64,000 nucleotides of DNA from Azolla caroliniana (taxonomy: Eukaryota; Plantae; Polypodiophyta), in NCBI GenBank assembly GCA_043228905.1, contig JBHGNT010000018.1, forward strand, positions 744,001 through 808,000. The letters are read 5' to 3'. Below are positions 51,323-63,100 of this stretch, one piece after another (within the stretch, counting starts at the first letter, position 1; each line of letters begins with the position of its first letter). The notes below the pieces were generated by a model. That model saw only the letters and a list, made by a program, of their open reading frames with translations. It was not told the origin of the DNA and ran no database searches. The translations under genes and the position numbers were made by a program.

Positions 51323-54300
51323 TGTAGAAATTCCGTGCTCGGCCACAACCGAGGAACAGGATCGATTCGCAGAAAACGGGAAATACAAGAATGCACGAAG
51401 AACAACAGAGAGAAGAGCACACAGGATGTTTACGTGGAAAACCCTAAATGGGAAAAAACCACGGGAGTCCTCTAACTCCAACTATCACTATACACAGAGA
51501 TGTACAATGGTGAGGCTACAAGGCAACAACCTTGAGCTCGCTGTCCTCGCCACAGGCGGCGGTATTACACAGAGGCGTCGACCTCTTCCTTCCTCTTTCT
51601 CTCTCTCACTCTCGCTCGGCTGCTCTCACTTCGCTCCCTCTTAGTGGACAACAGAAAAATGAGCAACAACAAAAAACTGTTTGCCCTAAGTCATATTTAT
51701 ACATATATGACTTTCGGGCTATTTACAAGTATAGCCTCAAGGGCCCTTGGCAAACATATTCACAAATATGTCTCCGTATCCGGATCTCTCTCCGGGTACA
51801 TACGTCATCCGGCTCCGTAACCGGGGTCTTCAGCATCCGGCTCCGTAACCGGGGTCTTCAGCATCCGGCTCCGTAACCGGGTACTCTTCATCCGGCTTCA
51901 TGCCGGGTACTCTTCATCATATGGTTCCGTAGCAGCCTCCGGGCTTGCCGTCATTCATCTCCGGACATCCCATCCGGAGGGACCGAAATCCCAACAAACT
52001 CCCCCTTCACTTCGGCATGGGATGTCTCTCCAACCCGATCCTCTTCCGGCATGCTTCCAGCTTGTCGGGTGTGAGCACCTTGGTCAGCATATCCGACCCG
52101 TTCTCGTTCGTGTGGATCTTCGTCAGCACGAACTCCTTGTCTTCTATCCTTTCCCGGATCCAGTGGTATCTACGCTGGATGTGTTTCGTCCGGGAATGGT
52201 AGGCCGCGTTCTTTGCAAGGTGGATGGCACTCTGACTTTCGCAGTAGAGTCGGTACTCCTCCTGCCGGATCCCGAGCTCTCTAATGAAGTCCTTCATCCA
52301 TATTATTTCCTTGCCGGCTTCAACAGCTGCCATGTACTCCGCCTCCGTGGTTGACAACGCAACCGTCTTCTGCAGCCTCGACTGCCACGAAACGGCTCCC
52401 CCAGCATAGGTCATCACATACCCTGATGTGGACCGGCTGGTATCTGCATCAGCCGACATATCCGAATCGGTGAAGCCGTCGAGTTCGGGCTTACCGAAGC
52501 CGAATCGGACACACACATTTGCCGTGCCCTTCAGGTATCGGAGTATCCACTTGACCGCGTTCCAATGCTCTTTGCCGGGATTGCTCATGTACCGGCTCAC
52601 CACTCCGACTGCGTATCCAATGTCTGGTCTTGTACACACCATTGCGTACATCAAGCTTCCGACAGCAGAGGCATATGGTACTTTCATCATGTCCTCTTTC
52701 TCAGCCTTTGTCCTGGGGCTTTGCTTGCTGGACAGCTTGCAGTTTGCCGGGAGGGTTGATCCGACCGGTCTTGCTTCCGACATGTTGAATCGTTGAAGCA
52801 CCTTTGTCACGTACTTCTCCTGTGACAGCCACAACTGCTTCTTGCTCCGGTCCCGGATGATGTGCATCCCTAGTACTTGTCTCGCCGGACCCAAGTCCTT
52901 CATTGAGAAGGTTCGGTGAAGAGCCTTCTTCAGCATCCGTATCTTGACCTGGTCCCGTCCGACGATCAACATGTTGTCCACGTACAGGAGGAGTATTAGA
53001 AAGTCTCCTCCTTCGAATTTCTTCACAAACACGCAGTGGTCAGACTGCGTTTTGAGGTACCCTTCGTCGGTCATGAAGGAGTCGAACTTCCGGTACCATT
53101 GCCGGGGAGCCTGCTTCAGTCCGTAAAGGCTCTTCTTCAACCGGCATACCAGGTGCTCCTTCCCTTTCTTCTCGAATCCTTCCGGTTGCTGCATGTAGAT
53201 CTCTTCTTCGAGGTCACCGTGAAGGAATGACGTCTTCACGTCCATCTGTTCTACCTCGAGGTCCATGCTTGCCGCTATGCTCAGCACCGTCCGGATGGAG
53301 GTCATCTTCACTACCGGGGCAAATATCTCGTCGAAGTCGACGCCCTTCTTCTGCTGAAACCCCTTCACCACGATCCTGGCTTTGTATCTCGGGGGGTTTC
53401 CGGCATCTCCCGGTTTCAGCTTGAACACCCACTTGTTTCGAAGTGCCCGCTTTCCTTTCGGCAACTCCATAAGTTCATATGTGTGGTTCTCATGCAGGGA
53501 ATCCATCTCGTCCTGCATGGCACTCAACCACCTGCGGCTCTGGGTGTCGTGCTTTGCTTCTTCAAAGCTCTCCGGCTCCCCCTCGTCGGTTAGCAGCACG
53601 TGCTCTGGTTCCGGAAATCTCCGGGGGGCCCTTCTCTCTCTTAGAGGATATCTCCGTTCCGGAGCTTCGGTAACCGGTTCTTCCGATTCTTCTTCTTCCG
53701 AATCTATTTCGGGATCGGGGCCGGTTCCGGTATCGTTTTCATCTTCTTCGGCCGGTTCTGTTTCTTCACCGTCTTCGGCCGGATCCTCGAGTGCTAACCG
53801 GTCCCTTGCCGGTCGGGACTGCTCCACGTAGAGTTTATCCTCACCGGTCGACTTTGAGCTCTTCATCTTCTTCTCCGACTCCCAGTCGGCGAGTGTCTTG
53901 TCCTCCATGAAGATGATGTCTCGACTCCTGAATATCTTCTTGTCCACCGGGTCCCATACTCGGTAGCCGAACTCGTCGTCGCCGTAACCGAGGAATATGC
54001 ATGGCCGGGTCTTTGGATCTAGCTTTCCTCTCCGGTCCTTTGCCACATGCACGTATGCGAGACACCCGAACACCTTCAGATGCCGGTAGGACACTTCCTT
54101 ACCGGTCCACACTTTCTGCGGCGTGTCTCCGTCCAAAGGTACTGAGGGTGATCTGTTTATCACGTATGTCGCCGTCGACATTGCCTCAGCCCAAAACCCC
54201 TTGGGTAATTTCGCATGCGCCAGCATACTCCGGACCCTCTCCATTATGGTCCGGTTCATCCTCTCGGCCAGCCCGTTTAGTTCCGGCGTCTTCGGCACAG

Positions 54301-56813
54301 TAAACTCGAGCCGGATTCCCTTCGAGCGACAGTACTCCTGGAACTGCCCCCGGTATTCCCCTCCGTTATCCGCTCGTATCGCTTTCAGCTTCTTGCCGGA
54401 TTCCCTTTCCACTCTCGCGTGGAGTTCTTTGAAGACGGACAATACTTGGTCCTTTGTCTTCAACGGTGCCGTCCACAGCTTCCGGCTGTGATCATCAATG
54501 AATGTTACGAAGTACTGGGCTCCGCCATGTGACTTCGTTTCTACCTGACACACATCGGTGTGCACCAACTCCAATGGTGCGCTACGTCTCGTCGGTGGCC
54601 TTGAGTGGAAGGAGGTCCGGTTTTGCTTACCGGCCAGGCAGTCGGTGCACTTCTCCAGGTGCACATGCTTCACTGGAATGAGGTTGTCTTCTGCAAGCCT
54701 CTTCATCCCCTTCTCACTCATGTGGCACAGTCTTTTGTGCCACAGCTCACCGGCAGTGTCGGCTGCCACATTCAGCTCTTCCAGACATAGCCGGGAATTC
54801 ATCAGGTACAGTGTGTTGACCTTCCGGGCCCGAGCCACTATCAGGCTCCCCTTGCTGAACTTCATGACACCGTTCCGGATGCTACCCGTGTAGCCTTCAT
54901 CATCTAGCCTCCCGGCCGATATCAGGTTCAATCGGACCTCCGGAACGTGTCGCACATCCTTCAGCAGCATCTTGCATCCGATTGATGTCATCAGCCACAC
55001 GTCTCCTATGCCGGCTATCCGGCACGTACCTTCATTTCCCATCCGGACACAGCCGTGCTCACCGGCTGTGTAGGATGAGAAGTATTTCTTCTCCGGGGTC
55101 AGGTGGAACGACGCTCCGGAATCGACCACCCAGGTCATCTCTACACCGGCAAGGTTCAGCTCCCTCTCTTCGGTAATAAGCATTATCTCTTCTTCACTTG
55201 CCGCGAGTGCCGTCGTTCCTTTCCGGTCCTGCCCTCGCCGATCCGGACCTCTCCGGTCCGTGGCTCCCCGGTAAGCACCGTTTCTCTCCGGTGATTTCTT
55301 CGAATCGGTGTCGTCGGCTCCGTTGTCCTTTCGGTAATGCCGACAATTCTTCCGGAAGTGCCCCGGCTTCCCACAGTGGAAGCATGTTGGCCTTCCTCTT
55401 GACTGCGACCGGGTCCCCGACTTCTCCCGTCTTTGCGGACTCCGGTTCCACTGTCTTCCCCGTTCCGATTCGGTAAACAGCGCCTTCGAGTCGGAGACCG
55501 GTTCTTTATCTCTCCGACGCGCTTCTTCGTTCAAAATACTTGTCTTTACCGTTTGTAGAGACAAGTTATCTTCGGTGCAGGAGGTGCTGAGAGTCACCAC
55601 CAAGTTCTCCCAGCTGTCCGGCAATGTACACATCAGGATGATGGCTTGCATTGCATCCTCCAACGGGAACTTGATCGCCGCAAGCTGGTTCACGAATCCC
55701 ATGAACGTGCTTACGTGTTCCACCATACTCTCGCCGTCCCGGTACTTGAGGTTCACTATCTTCCTCATCAGGGAGGTCCGGTTCAACGCATTCTTCCTCT
55801 CATAGAGGCCCGACAGCTTCCGCCACATCTCATATGCGTTGGTGTCGTTCGCCACATGCTGTAGAACGCTTACATCGACATATTGTCGGATCGTCGCTAC
55901 GGCTTTCCGGTTCAGGAGCTTCCACTCCGACTCAAGTACCCCCTTCGGTATTTCCGACCTGTCAATCGGTTCGTACAGGTCCCGAACAATCAGAAGATCC
56001 TCCATCTTGATCTTCCAGTCGGCGTAATTCTGCGCAATCAGCACCATCATGCCCGGAGGCCCACTACCGGCGCCTTCCATTTTCTGTGTTACCGTCGCTC
56101 TGATACCAGTTTGTAGAAATTCCGTGCTCGGCCACAACCGAGGAACAGGATCGATTCGCAGAAAACGGGAAATACAAGAATGCACGAAGAACAACAGAGA
56201 GAAGAGCACACAGGATGTTTACGTGGAAAACCCTAAATGGGAAAAAACCACGGGAGTCCTCTAACTCCAACTATCACTATACACAGAGATGTACAATGGT
56301 GAGGCTACAAGGCAACAACCTTGAGCTCGCTGTCCTCGCCACAGGCGGCGGTATTACACAGAGGCGTCGACCTCTTCCTTCCTCTTTCTCTCTCTCACTC
56401 TCGCTCGGCTGCTCTCACTTCGCTCCCTCTTAGTGGACAACAAAAAAATGAGCAACAACAAAAAACTGTTTGCCCTAAGTCATATTTATACATATATGAC
56501 TTTCGGGCTATTTACAAGTATAGCCTCAAGGGCCCTTGGCAAACATATTCACAAATATGTCTCCGCATCCAGATCTCTCTCCGGGTACATACGTCATCCG
56601 GCTCCGTAACCGGGGTCTTCAGCATCCGGCTCCGTAACCGGGGTCTTCAGCATCCGGCTCCGTAACCGGGGTCTTCAGCGTCCGGATCCGCAGCCGGGTA
56701 CTCTTCATCTGGCTTCATGCCGGGTACTCTTCATCATATGGTTCCGTAGCAGCCTCCGGGCTTGCCGTCATTCATCTCCGGACATCCCATCCGGAGGGAC
56801 CGAAATCCCAACA
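51323..56813 (-). mobile_element. Structurally complete copia element J, inserted antisense in the 3' LTR of its relative G
   Basis: TSD CATTC; LTRs 51323-51996 and 56112-56813, near-identical; PBS(Met) 56097-56108; PPT 51999-52008. Confidence 0.98.
52007..56080 (-). CDS. Copia gag-pol polyprotein, 1357 aa, uninterrupted; RT motif is YVDN
   Basis: First ATG after the PBS (MEGAGSG...); all domains in order gag-PR-INT-RT-RH; the longer start in the ORF track lies within the LTR. Confidence 0.95.
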   Translation of the reverse strand: MEGAGSGPPGMMVLIAQNYADWKIKMEDLLIVRDLYEPIDRSEIPKGVLESEWKLLNRKAVATIRQYVDVSVLQHVANDTNAYEMWRKLSGLYERKNALNRTSLMRKIVNLKYRDGESMVEHVSTFMGFVNQLAAIKFPLEDAMQAIILMCTLPDSWENLVVTLSTSCTEDNLSLQTVKTSILNEEARRRDKEPVSDSKALFTESERGRQWNRSPQRREKSGTRSQSRGRPTCFHCGKPGHFRKNCRHYRKDNGADDTDSKKSPERNGAYRGATDRRGPDRRGQDRKGTTALAASEEEIMLITEERELNLAGVEMTWVVDSGASFHLTPEKKYFSSYTAGEHGCVRMGNEGTCRIAGIGDVWLMTSIGCKMLLKDVRHVPEVRLNLISAGRLDDEGYTGSIRNGVMKFSKGSLIVARARKVNTLYLMNSRLCLEELNVAADTAGELWHKRLCHMSEKGMKRLAEDNLIPVKHVHLEKCTDCLAGKQNRTSFHSRPPTRRSAPLELVHTDVCQVETKSHGGAQYFVTFIDDHSRKLWTAPLKTKDQVLSVFKELHARVERESGKKLKAIRADNGGEYRGQFQEYCRSKGIRLEFTVPKTPELNGLAERMNRTIMERVRSMLAHAKLPKGFWAEAMSTATYVINRSPSVPLDGDTPQKVWTGKEVSYRHLKVFGCLAYVHVAKDRRGKLDPKTRPCIFLGYGDDEFGYRVWDPVDKKIFRSRDIIFMEDKTLADWESEKKMKSSKSTGEDKLYVEQSRPARDRLALEDPAEDGEETEPAEEDENDTGTGPDPEIDSEEEESEEPVTEAPERRYPLRERRAPRRFPEPEHVLLTDEGEPESFEEAKHDTQSRRWLSAMQDEMDSLHENHTYELMELPKGKRALRNKWVFKLKPGDAGNPPRYKARIVVKGFQQKKGVDFDEIFAPVVKMTSIRTVLSIAASMDLEVEQMDVKTSFLHGDLEEEIYMQQPEGFEKKGKEHLVCRLKKSLYGLKQAPRQWYRKFDSFMTDEGYLKTQSDHCVFVKKFEGGDFLILLLYVDNMLIVGRDQVKIRMLKKALHRTFSMKDLGPARQVLGMHIIRDRSKKQLWLSQEKYVTKVLQRFNMSEARPVGSTLPANCKLSSKQSPRTKAEKEDMMKVPYASAVGSLMYAMVCTRPDIGYAVGVVSRYMSNPGKEHWNAVKWILRYLKGTANVCVRFGFGKPELDGFTDSDMSADADTSRSTSGYVMTYAGGAVSWQSRLQKTVALSTTEAEYMAAVEAGKEIIWMKDFIRELGIRQEEYRLYCESQSAIHLAKNAAYHSRTKHIQRRYHWIRERIEDKEFVLTKIHTNENGSDMLTKVLTPDKLEACRKRIGLERHPMPK

Positions 56814-59800
56814 CATTCCCTGCGTATAGTGATAGTTGGAGTCTTGCACTCCCGTGGTTTTTCCCGTCTAGGGTTTTCCACGCTAAACCCTGTGCATTCG
56901 AGTCTCTCTCTGTGTTTTCGATTTACTGCTGCATTGATTCGTGTTTCCTCGGTTGTGGCCGAGAGGTGAAGGTTTTGAAAGCGCCAATTTCTAACAGTTG
57001 TGTGGTTGGTTGGGACTTATGCCCCTAATCAAGCCACTCAAAGTGTTGCATTATGGGTCTCACTTCTTCAAAACCTATGTGTGGGTTGTCCAAGATTACT
57101 TATGGGTGATTTTAACATGTGTGTTGATGTATCTCAATCTACGTTTGAACATTCAATCATGGATGATCCTAAGCAAGCTGCTTGGGTTTCATTTGTTATG
57201 GAGGTTCTGAAGTTGGATGTTTGGGCGTGGTTGCATTGGAATGATCCAGGTTTTACCTTCCAATCCACTAAATATAGACAGATATGGACTCGGTTAGATA
57301 GAATGTATGTGATGCACGATGATTCTTTTTTACCGACATAACTTCATATGACAGTTCAAAATCTACAAGATGTAGGAACTTCATATCATTTTCCTATTTT
57401 TTTAGAGGTTTGCAGTCATGCAATTGACATGTATAAATCCTTACTTGGAACGCCTCCATTACGCTTTAACTCTTCTCTTTTGCTTCAACCTCACTTTGAT
57501 TCTCTCATGGAGCAAATTTTGTTGAATTGTTCACAACAAGTGAATCTTAAAGGAGTTAAAGAATGGGATACCACTTTACGAAACATTAAGATTATTCATC
57601 GTATGTATGGGGTAAGTAATGCCCAACGAAGATGAGGTCTTCTTCGACAATTTTCACAAGTTCCCTCCAGGTGTAATGCATTATTGATGCATGCACCATT
57701 AGATGGGGAGCTTTTGGATATCCAGAGTCAAATGCATGTTATTATTTCTCAGTTCCAATGCCAAAGTTATCTTTATGCTAAGATGTGACAACTCGGGGAT
57801 GGGCTCATAGATAATAAATGTCAATCTCATTTGTTTTCCCAAGCATTACATCCTACTTATACACTATCTAATGTGGTACATGTGAAGCAAGGGGATGAAT
57901 TTGTAGTGGATCTTGCTACAATAATTGACATATGTGTTCATTACTTTAAGGAGTTGATTGGCTCACAATTGTTATGATGTGGTTGCCAGATGTATTGTGC
58001 ACAACATCATTAGTCATGAATTGGATGTGGATTTCATTGAGGATGAGGTGGACACAATTTTAAGGCATCTTTCTAGTGGTAGGAGCCCTGTTAGTCATGA
58101 ATTGGATGCGGATTTCATTGAGGATGAGATGGAGACAGTTTTAAGGCATCTTCCTAGTGGTAGGAGCCCTGGTTGGGATGGTTTGACAAATGATTTGTTT
58201 AAACGATATTCGAACATTTTAAAGGGTCCCTTAACCTTGATGTTTCAACATTGTTGGGATTCTGGTAGTATGCCTCAAGCTTGGAAGGTTGGTCTAATTA
58301 AATTAGTTCTGAAGGTGGCATCTCCCAAGTCATTTCATCAATGGAGACCTATTTCTTTGATTGGGGGTTTGTATAAGATATTTACAAAGGTGTTGGCATA
58401 ATAGATTACGAAAGTATTTGCCAAAGTTGCTACATCCTACCCAATATGGTTTTATTGTAGGTATGAATATATTGCATAATGTGTTGAATGTTCAAATGGC
58501 AATGGATTATGCACGAAACACTCATCAAGAATTCATTATGGTACAATTAGATTTGGAAAAAACTTATGATCATGTTAATTGGTCCTTTGTTTCTGGGTTA
58601 ATGCATAAAATGGGCTTTGGACCACGTATGTCTCGCATAATATTTTTATTAGGACAAGATGCGGTGTCTCAAATAATGCTTAATGGGGGAGTTACATAGA
58701 TATTGCCCTCACAAGATCTGTTCGTCAAGCATGCCCACTTAGCCCATTGTTATTTGTTATTGTTACTCGTCCATTGTTAGTGATGTTATCAAGGATTGCA
58801 ACAAATGATGACATTGTAGGTCTACACCTTCCGTCTAGAGCGCAACTAGTACCACAAGCTTTGGTAGATGATTCTTTCATGTTTCTACAAGCCTCATGAG
58901 AGAATCTTGAGAAGGGGGTGCTTGTATTGAACCAATTTGCATTGGCTTCCGAATTACATATTAGTTGGAGGAATTCTAGTCTCATATCATGTATTCAAAG
59001 GGATTTGGAATGTTTAGGATGGCAAGGACCCGTGGTGAAGAAAGGATCTATTTTTCGACACTTAGGGTATCCATTGGTAATGAATGTTACATATGGTCAA
59101 TTGATTGAATGGATGTCTAGTAAGTTAAGGGATAAGTTCATGCATTGGAAGTCACAATCTTGGCCATTTCATGTATGCTTGAAGGTTGTACAATGTATTA
59201 TGGAACCCATGATATTATATTGCTTGTCATTGTTGCCATCATTAGACAAAGAAGGCGTTGCATTCTATTTTGCAACCTCTTCGATATTTGTTGTGGAAGA
59301 AGCGGGATAAGATGGGAATCACATTGGTTGCGTGGAATCATCTAGCAACCTCTAAGTGTTTGGCGGGAGCTGGAATATTGGACTTATCTATGCATATTCT
59401 GGCTCGTAGATTTTCATTATTACAAGACATGTTGTGTTCAAACTCACAACCATGGATATCTATTGTTCAATATTTCATTGAGAACAAGGGTTTAACACAG
59501 GGGAGGACAATGATTAAGGCTTCATGGTGGCAATTACTGAATGGATGCATTTCATTTAAGATTTTGGGCTCTTCATGTGTTCAACACTTGGTTATCTCAT
59601 GGCAAGAAGCCCTCTTCTTATGTGTATGGAAACCATCACCTAGTAGAGAGCATTGTAATTCTTTGCAAAAAGAGTTACTTGTGTCTTCTCAGTTATTATG
59701 TTGGCTAGGAAAGGAGATCTTTCGCTCTCAATTTAATCATTTGTTTCGTTTGGGGGTCAAAGAGGTGGGAGATATACTTGAGGCTCCACCTCAAAGAATT

Positions 59801-60164
59801 TTGGAGTTTCGAAGCACAACAATTGTTATGCATCCCACCTAATTATGGGTTTATTTGACAACAACTACAAAATACTACATTAATGCAAGGTCTGTTACCT
59901 CTACAAACAAGAGATCAATCGTGGATTGATTGGTGTTTACGGGATCAGACGTCGTTGTTACAAGTGACTACTAATTTTTCGTACCATTGCACCATTGAGT
60001 AACTTGGATGGCTATCATCTAAGGCTGAAGAAGAATGGAAAATACGCAAATCTGATCATGGGTGGTAATAGATCTTAAAACGTAGTTGCATTATAAATTG
60101 TCACTTGTAGCAAAGGTATTCATTTGAAGAGACTTTTTGATTGGAGGATTGCCTCTAGGATTAG

Positions 60165-63100
60165 TGTAAAGAATCAAGAGATGGATTCTGTGCAGCGGAA
60201 TAGATATGAACTGTGTGTATGAGAGTGAGAGAGAGTGAGAGAGAGTGAGAGAGAGACAAGGAGTAATACATAGAGAATATGCAAGGTAAAATATATTAAC
60301 AAAGGAGAAAGACTCAACATTATACAAGGTGGGAGGAGGGTGCTTTATATAGTCACCCTCTCTCTTCATTAACTACAAGACTCATGGAGCATGGGGAATG
60401 TGAAAGCTCATAAGTTATGTGTCATACAATATGATTCTATGACTCATACTAATGCTAGAATACAAAGAGGTGACATAATGGTGACTCTTGACCGTTGGAG
60501 TGTCTATTCACTCTCAAGGTGAATTCACACACTAGACCAAGTTGAGCTTGATTCTCAACACACCCCCTCAAGCTCAAGTCGGGTCGGTTCCAAACGAAAT
60601 CCGAAATTCTCTTCGACTCGCTTTCCGGAGTCCACGTCGACTCGCATTTATGCAGAGTTGTGGAATTTGTGCTCCAACTTGCGTTGTGCGTAGTTGCGAA
60701 GTCTGTGCTTCGGCTTGCATCTTTCTTCGCGGCTTTGCGCAGTAGATCGGCTCTTCGCAGCTTTGTTGCGCGGTTGCAGAATCCACGCGTTATTGCGTAG
60801 TGTCTTTAGTACTCCCCCTCAAGCTTGGCAGGTCAGGGATCGTCAATCTGAGATCGGTCATGAATTGCCATAGCTTGTCGGCTCCTAAGGCTTTAGTGAA
60901 GATGTCGGCCGTTTGAAGATTTGTGCTAATGTGGTAGGTCGACATCGCCAGCTAGAACGCGCTCTCGGATGAAGTGATAATGCACTTCGATGTGCTTTGT
61001 CCGCGCATGGAACACCGGGTTTCGAGCTAGATAGATATTGCTCATGGTGTCGCAGTAAAGGGAAGTCGGATCCTTGATATGTACGCCCAGATCCTTGAGT
61101 ATCCTTTTGAGCCATACGGCTTCACATGCGGCCACTGCCGCGCCCCTGTATTCTGCCTCTGTGCTCGAAAGAGCGATGGTTGGTTGCTTTTTTCTGCTCC
61201 AGGATATTGCTCCGCTGCCGAGGGAAAAAACAAATCTGGAGGTTGATCTTTTATCGGCTTTGTAGTCGGCGTAATCGGCTTCTGTGTACCCCTGGAGTCA
61301 TATTGGCATCGCGGTCTTGTAGAGGATGCCGCAATCCATTGTGCCGCTTACGTATCGTAGAACTCGCTTAGCGCAATCCAAGTGAGTATCACGCGATGTT
61401 TGCATGAATTGACTAAGGAGACCGACCGGATAACTGAGATCGGGTCAAGTGATCGTGAGGTAGATGAGACTCCCGATGAGTTGTCGATACTGAGTTGGCT
61501 CACACACTTTGGTGCCGTAGTTCGCATCTAGTTTGAGATTGTGATCGAGCGGGGTTTGACCTTATTGATTTCGACGAGATGCTCACCTCCAATGACTAGG
61601 TCATCCACATATAAGATGATGACGATCGGACTTGCGGAATCGCTTCGTATGTAGAGGGAGTTGTTCGATTTTGACATACGAAAGCCGATTTGATGAAGAT
61701 ATTGCATTATCTTTGAATGCCAAGCACGCGGTGCTTGCTTGAGGCCGTAGAGTGGCTTCTTTAGTCGGCATACAGCTTTCGGATGGGTGCTCGAGTTGAA
61801 GCCGGGTGGTTATATCATGTACACCTCCTCTTCTAATTCGCCTTCTAGAAAGGCGTTCTTGACGTCCATTTCATGGAGGTGCCACCCTTTCATCGCGGCA
61901 AGCGCAATTACGGTCCGTATCGTGGTCATCTTTGCCACCAGGGCAAAGGTCTCTTCATAGTCAACTCTGTGCGTTTGTCCGTAGCCTTTCGCTACGAGTC
62001 ACGCTTTGTATCGGTTGACGGAACCGTCGACATTGTACTTCACTTTGTAAATCCATCTACATCCGATCGTCTTTTTGTGTGGTGAGATAGGAACGAGATC
62101 CCACGTCTCGTTCTTGCTTAGTGCCTGCATCTCCTCATTCATGGCTTCGATCCATCACGGATCCTTGGCTGGTTCGGAAAATGTTTCTGGCTCGCGTACT
62201 GTCGCCACCTTCATCATCAAGGCATAGTGATATGCCATGTAGTCGTTGAGGCTGAATCAGCTGACCGGATTCTTTTCACGGGTGGAGCGACGGAGCTTTT
62301 CATTTGTAGAGATGAGGGCTTTCTTAGCTCCAATTGGTACATCGAAGCCGCCGAACTCACTATCGAGTGAGTGAGTTGACTCATCGTCGTCAGAGCGATC
62401 GTCTTCGTATTCCAACATTTTCGCCTTGCCTTTGTCCATCTTCGGACTAGGCCGTGATGTGCTTTGATCGCTTGGGGGCTCTTGTGACCCACTTAGCCTC
62501 GTGGTAATTGGGCTATCTTCGAACATGTCTTCGAGGCGATCCCCACCTTCTTGCTCTTGTTCAGCGGATTCCGGCTCGAGTGGAATCAGAGTCGAAATCT
62601 TCTCAAGTGCGTACCAGGAGGCGGATTTGTCGAACATGACATCTCAACTTACTCAAACTTTTCGGGTAGATGGGTTGTAGCATTTGTACCCCTTTTGTTT
62701 GAGTGAGTATCCTACGAGGATATATTTCTCCGACTTTGGATCTAGCTTTTGCCGCTTTTCGCCGGGTATGTTCACGTATGCTATCGCGCCGAATATCCGG
62801 GTGTGCGATAAGTCCGGCTTCTTTCCGAAGTATTTTTCGTGCGGAATGACCTCGTGCACTCTGGATGTTGTGCACCGGTTCATTAGGTAGACGGCCGTAT
62901 TTGCAGCTTCGGCCCAATATGACTTGGGCATATGCTTCTCGTTCATCATGGCTCGCGCCACTTCGAGGATGTGCCGATTTTTGCGCTCGGCTACTCCGTT
63001 TTGTTTCAGAGTGTGTCAGCAAGTGAATTCTCGCCGAATTCCTTCCTTTCAGAGATACGCCGTGAAATTGTCCGAGAAGTACTCCTTGCATCCGATCGAA

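Larger units (their letters stand above)
45343..56996 (+). mobile_element. Copia element G (Tnt1/Tork-like), recent; hosts a solo LTR and element J
   Basis: TSD GTTGT; 5' LTR 45343-45948; PBS tggtatcagagc 45952-45963; PPT 50856-50865; 3' LTR split into 50868-51322 and 56814-56996. Confidence 0.97.
43340..60164 (+). mobile_element. Decayed LINE split by copia G: 43340-45342 and 57002-60164
   Basis: ORF1 remnant with CFG.GEWGHLKAEC near 44358; APE VGTYAPN, MGDFN, FTF, TRLDR; RT SPGWDG, WRPISL, LDLEKTYD, RQACPLSP, LVDD, RHLGYP; 81-bp tandem duplication 58010-58171. Confidence 0.88.

Noticed and set aside
45875-56116. Many antisense and alternate-frame ORFs over the copia pol genes
   Set aside because: Shadow ORFs of GC-rich coding sequence, with no recognisable motifs.
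56081-56209. 43-aa N-terminal extension of the J polyprotein in the ORF track
   Set aside because: Non-ATG start inside the LTR, running across the PBS; the plausible start is the ATG at 56080.
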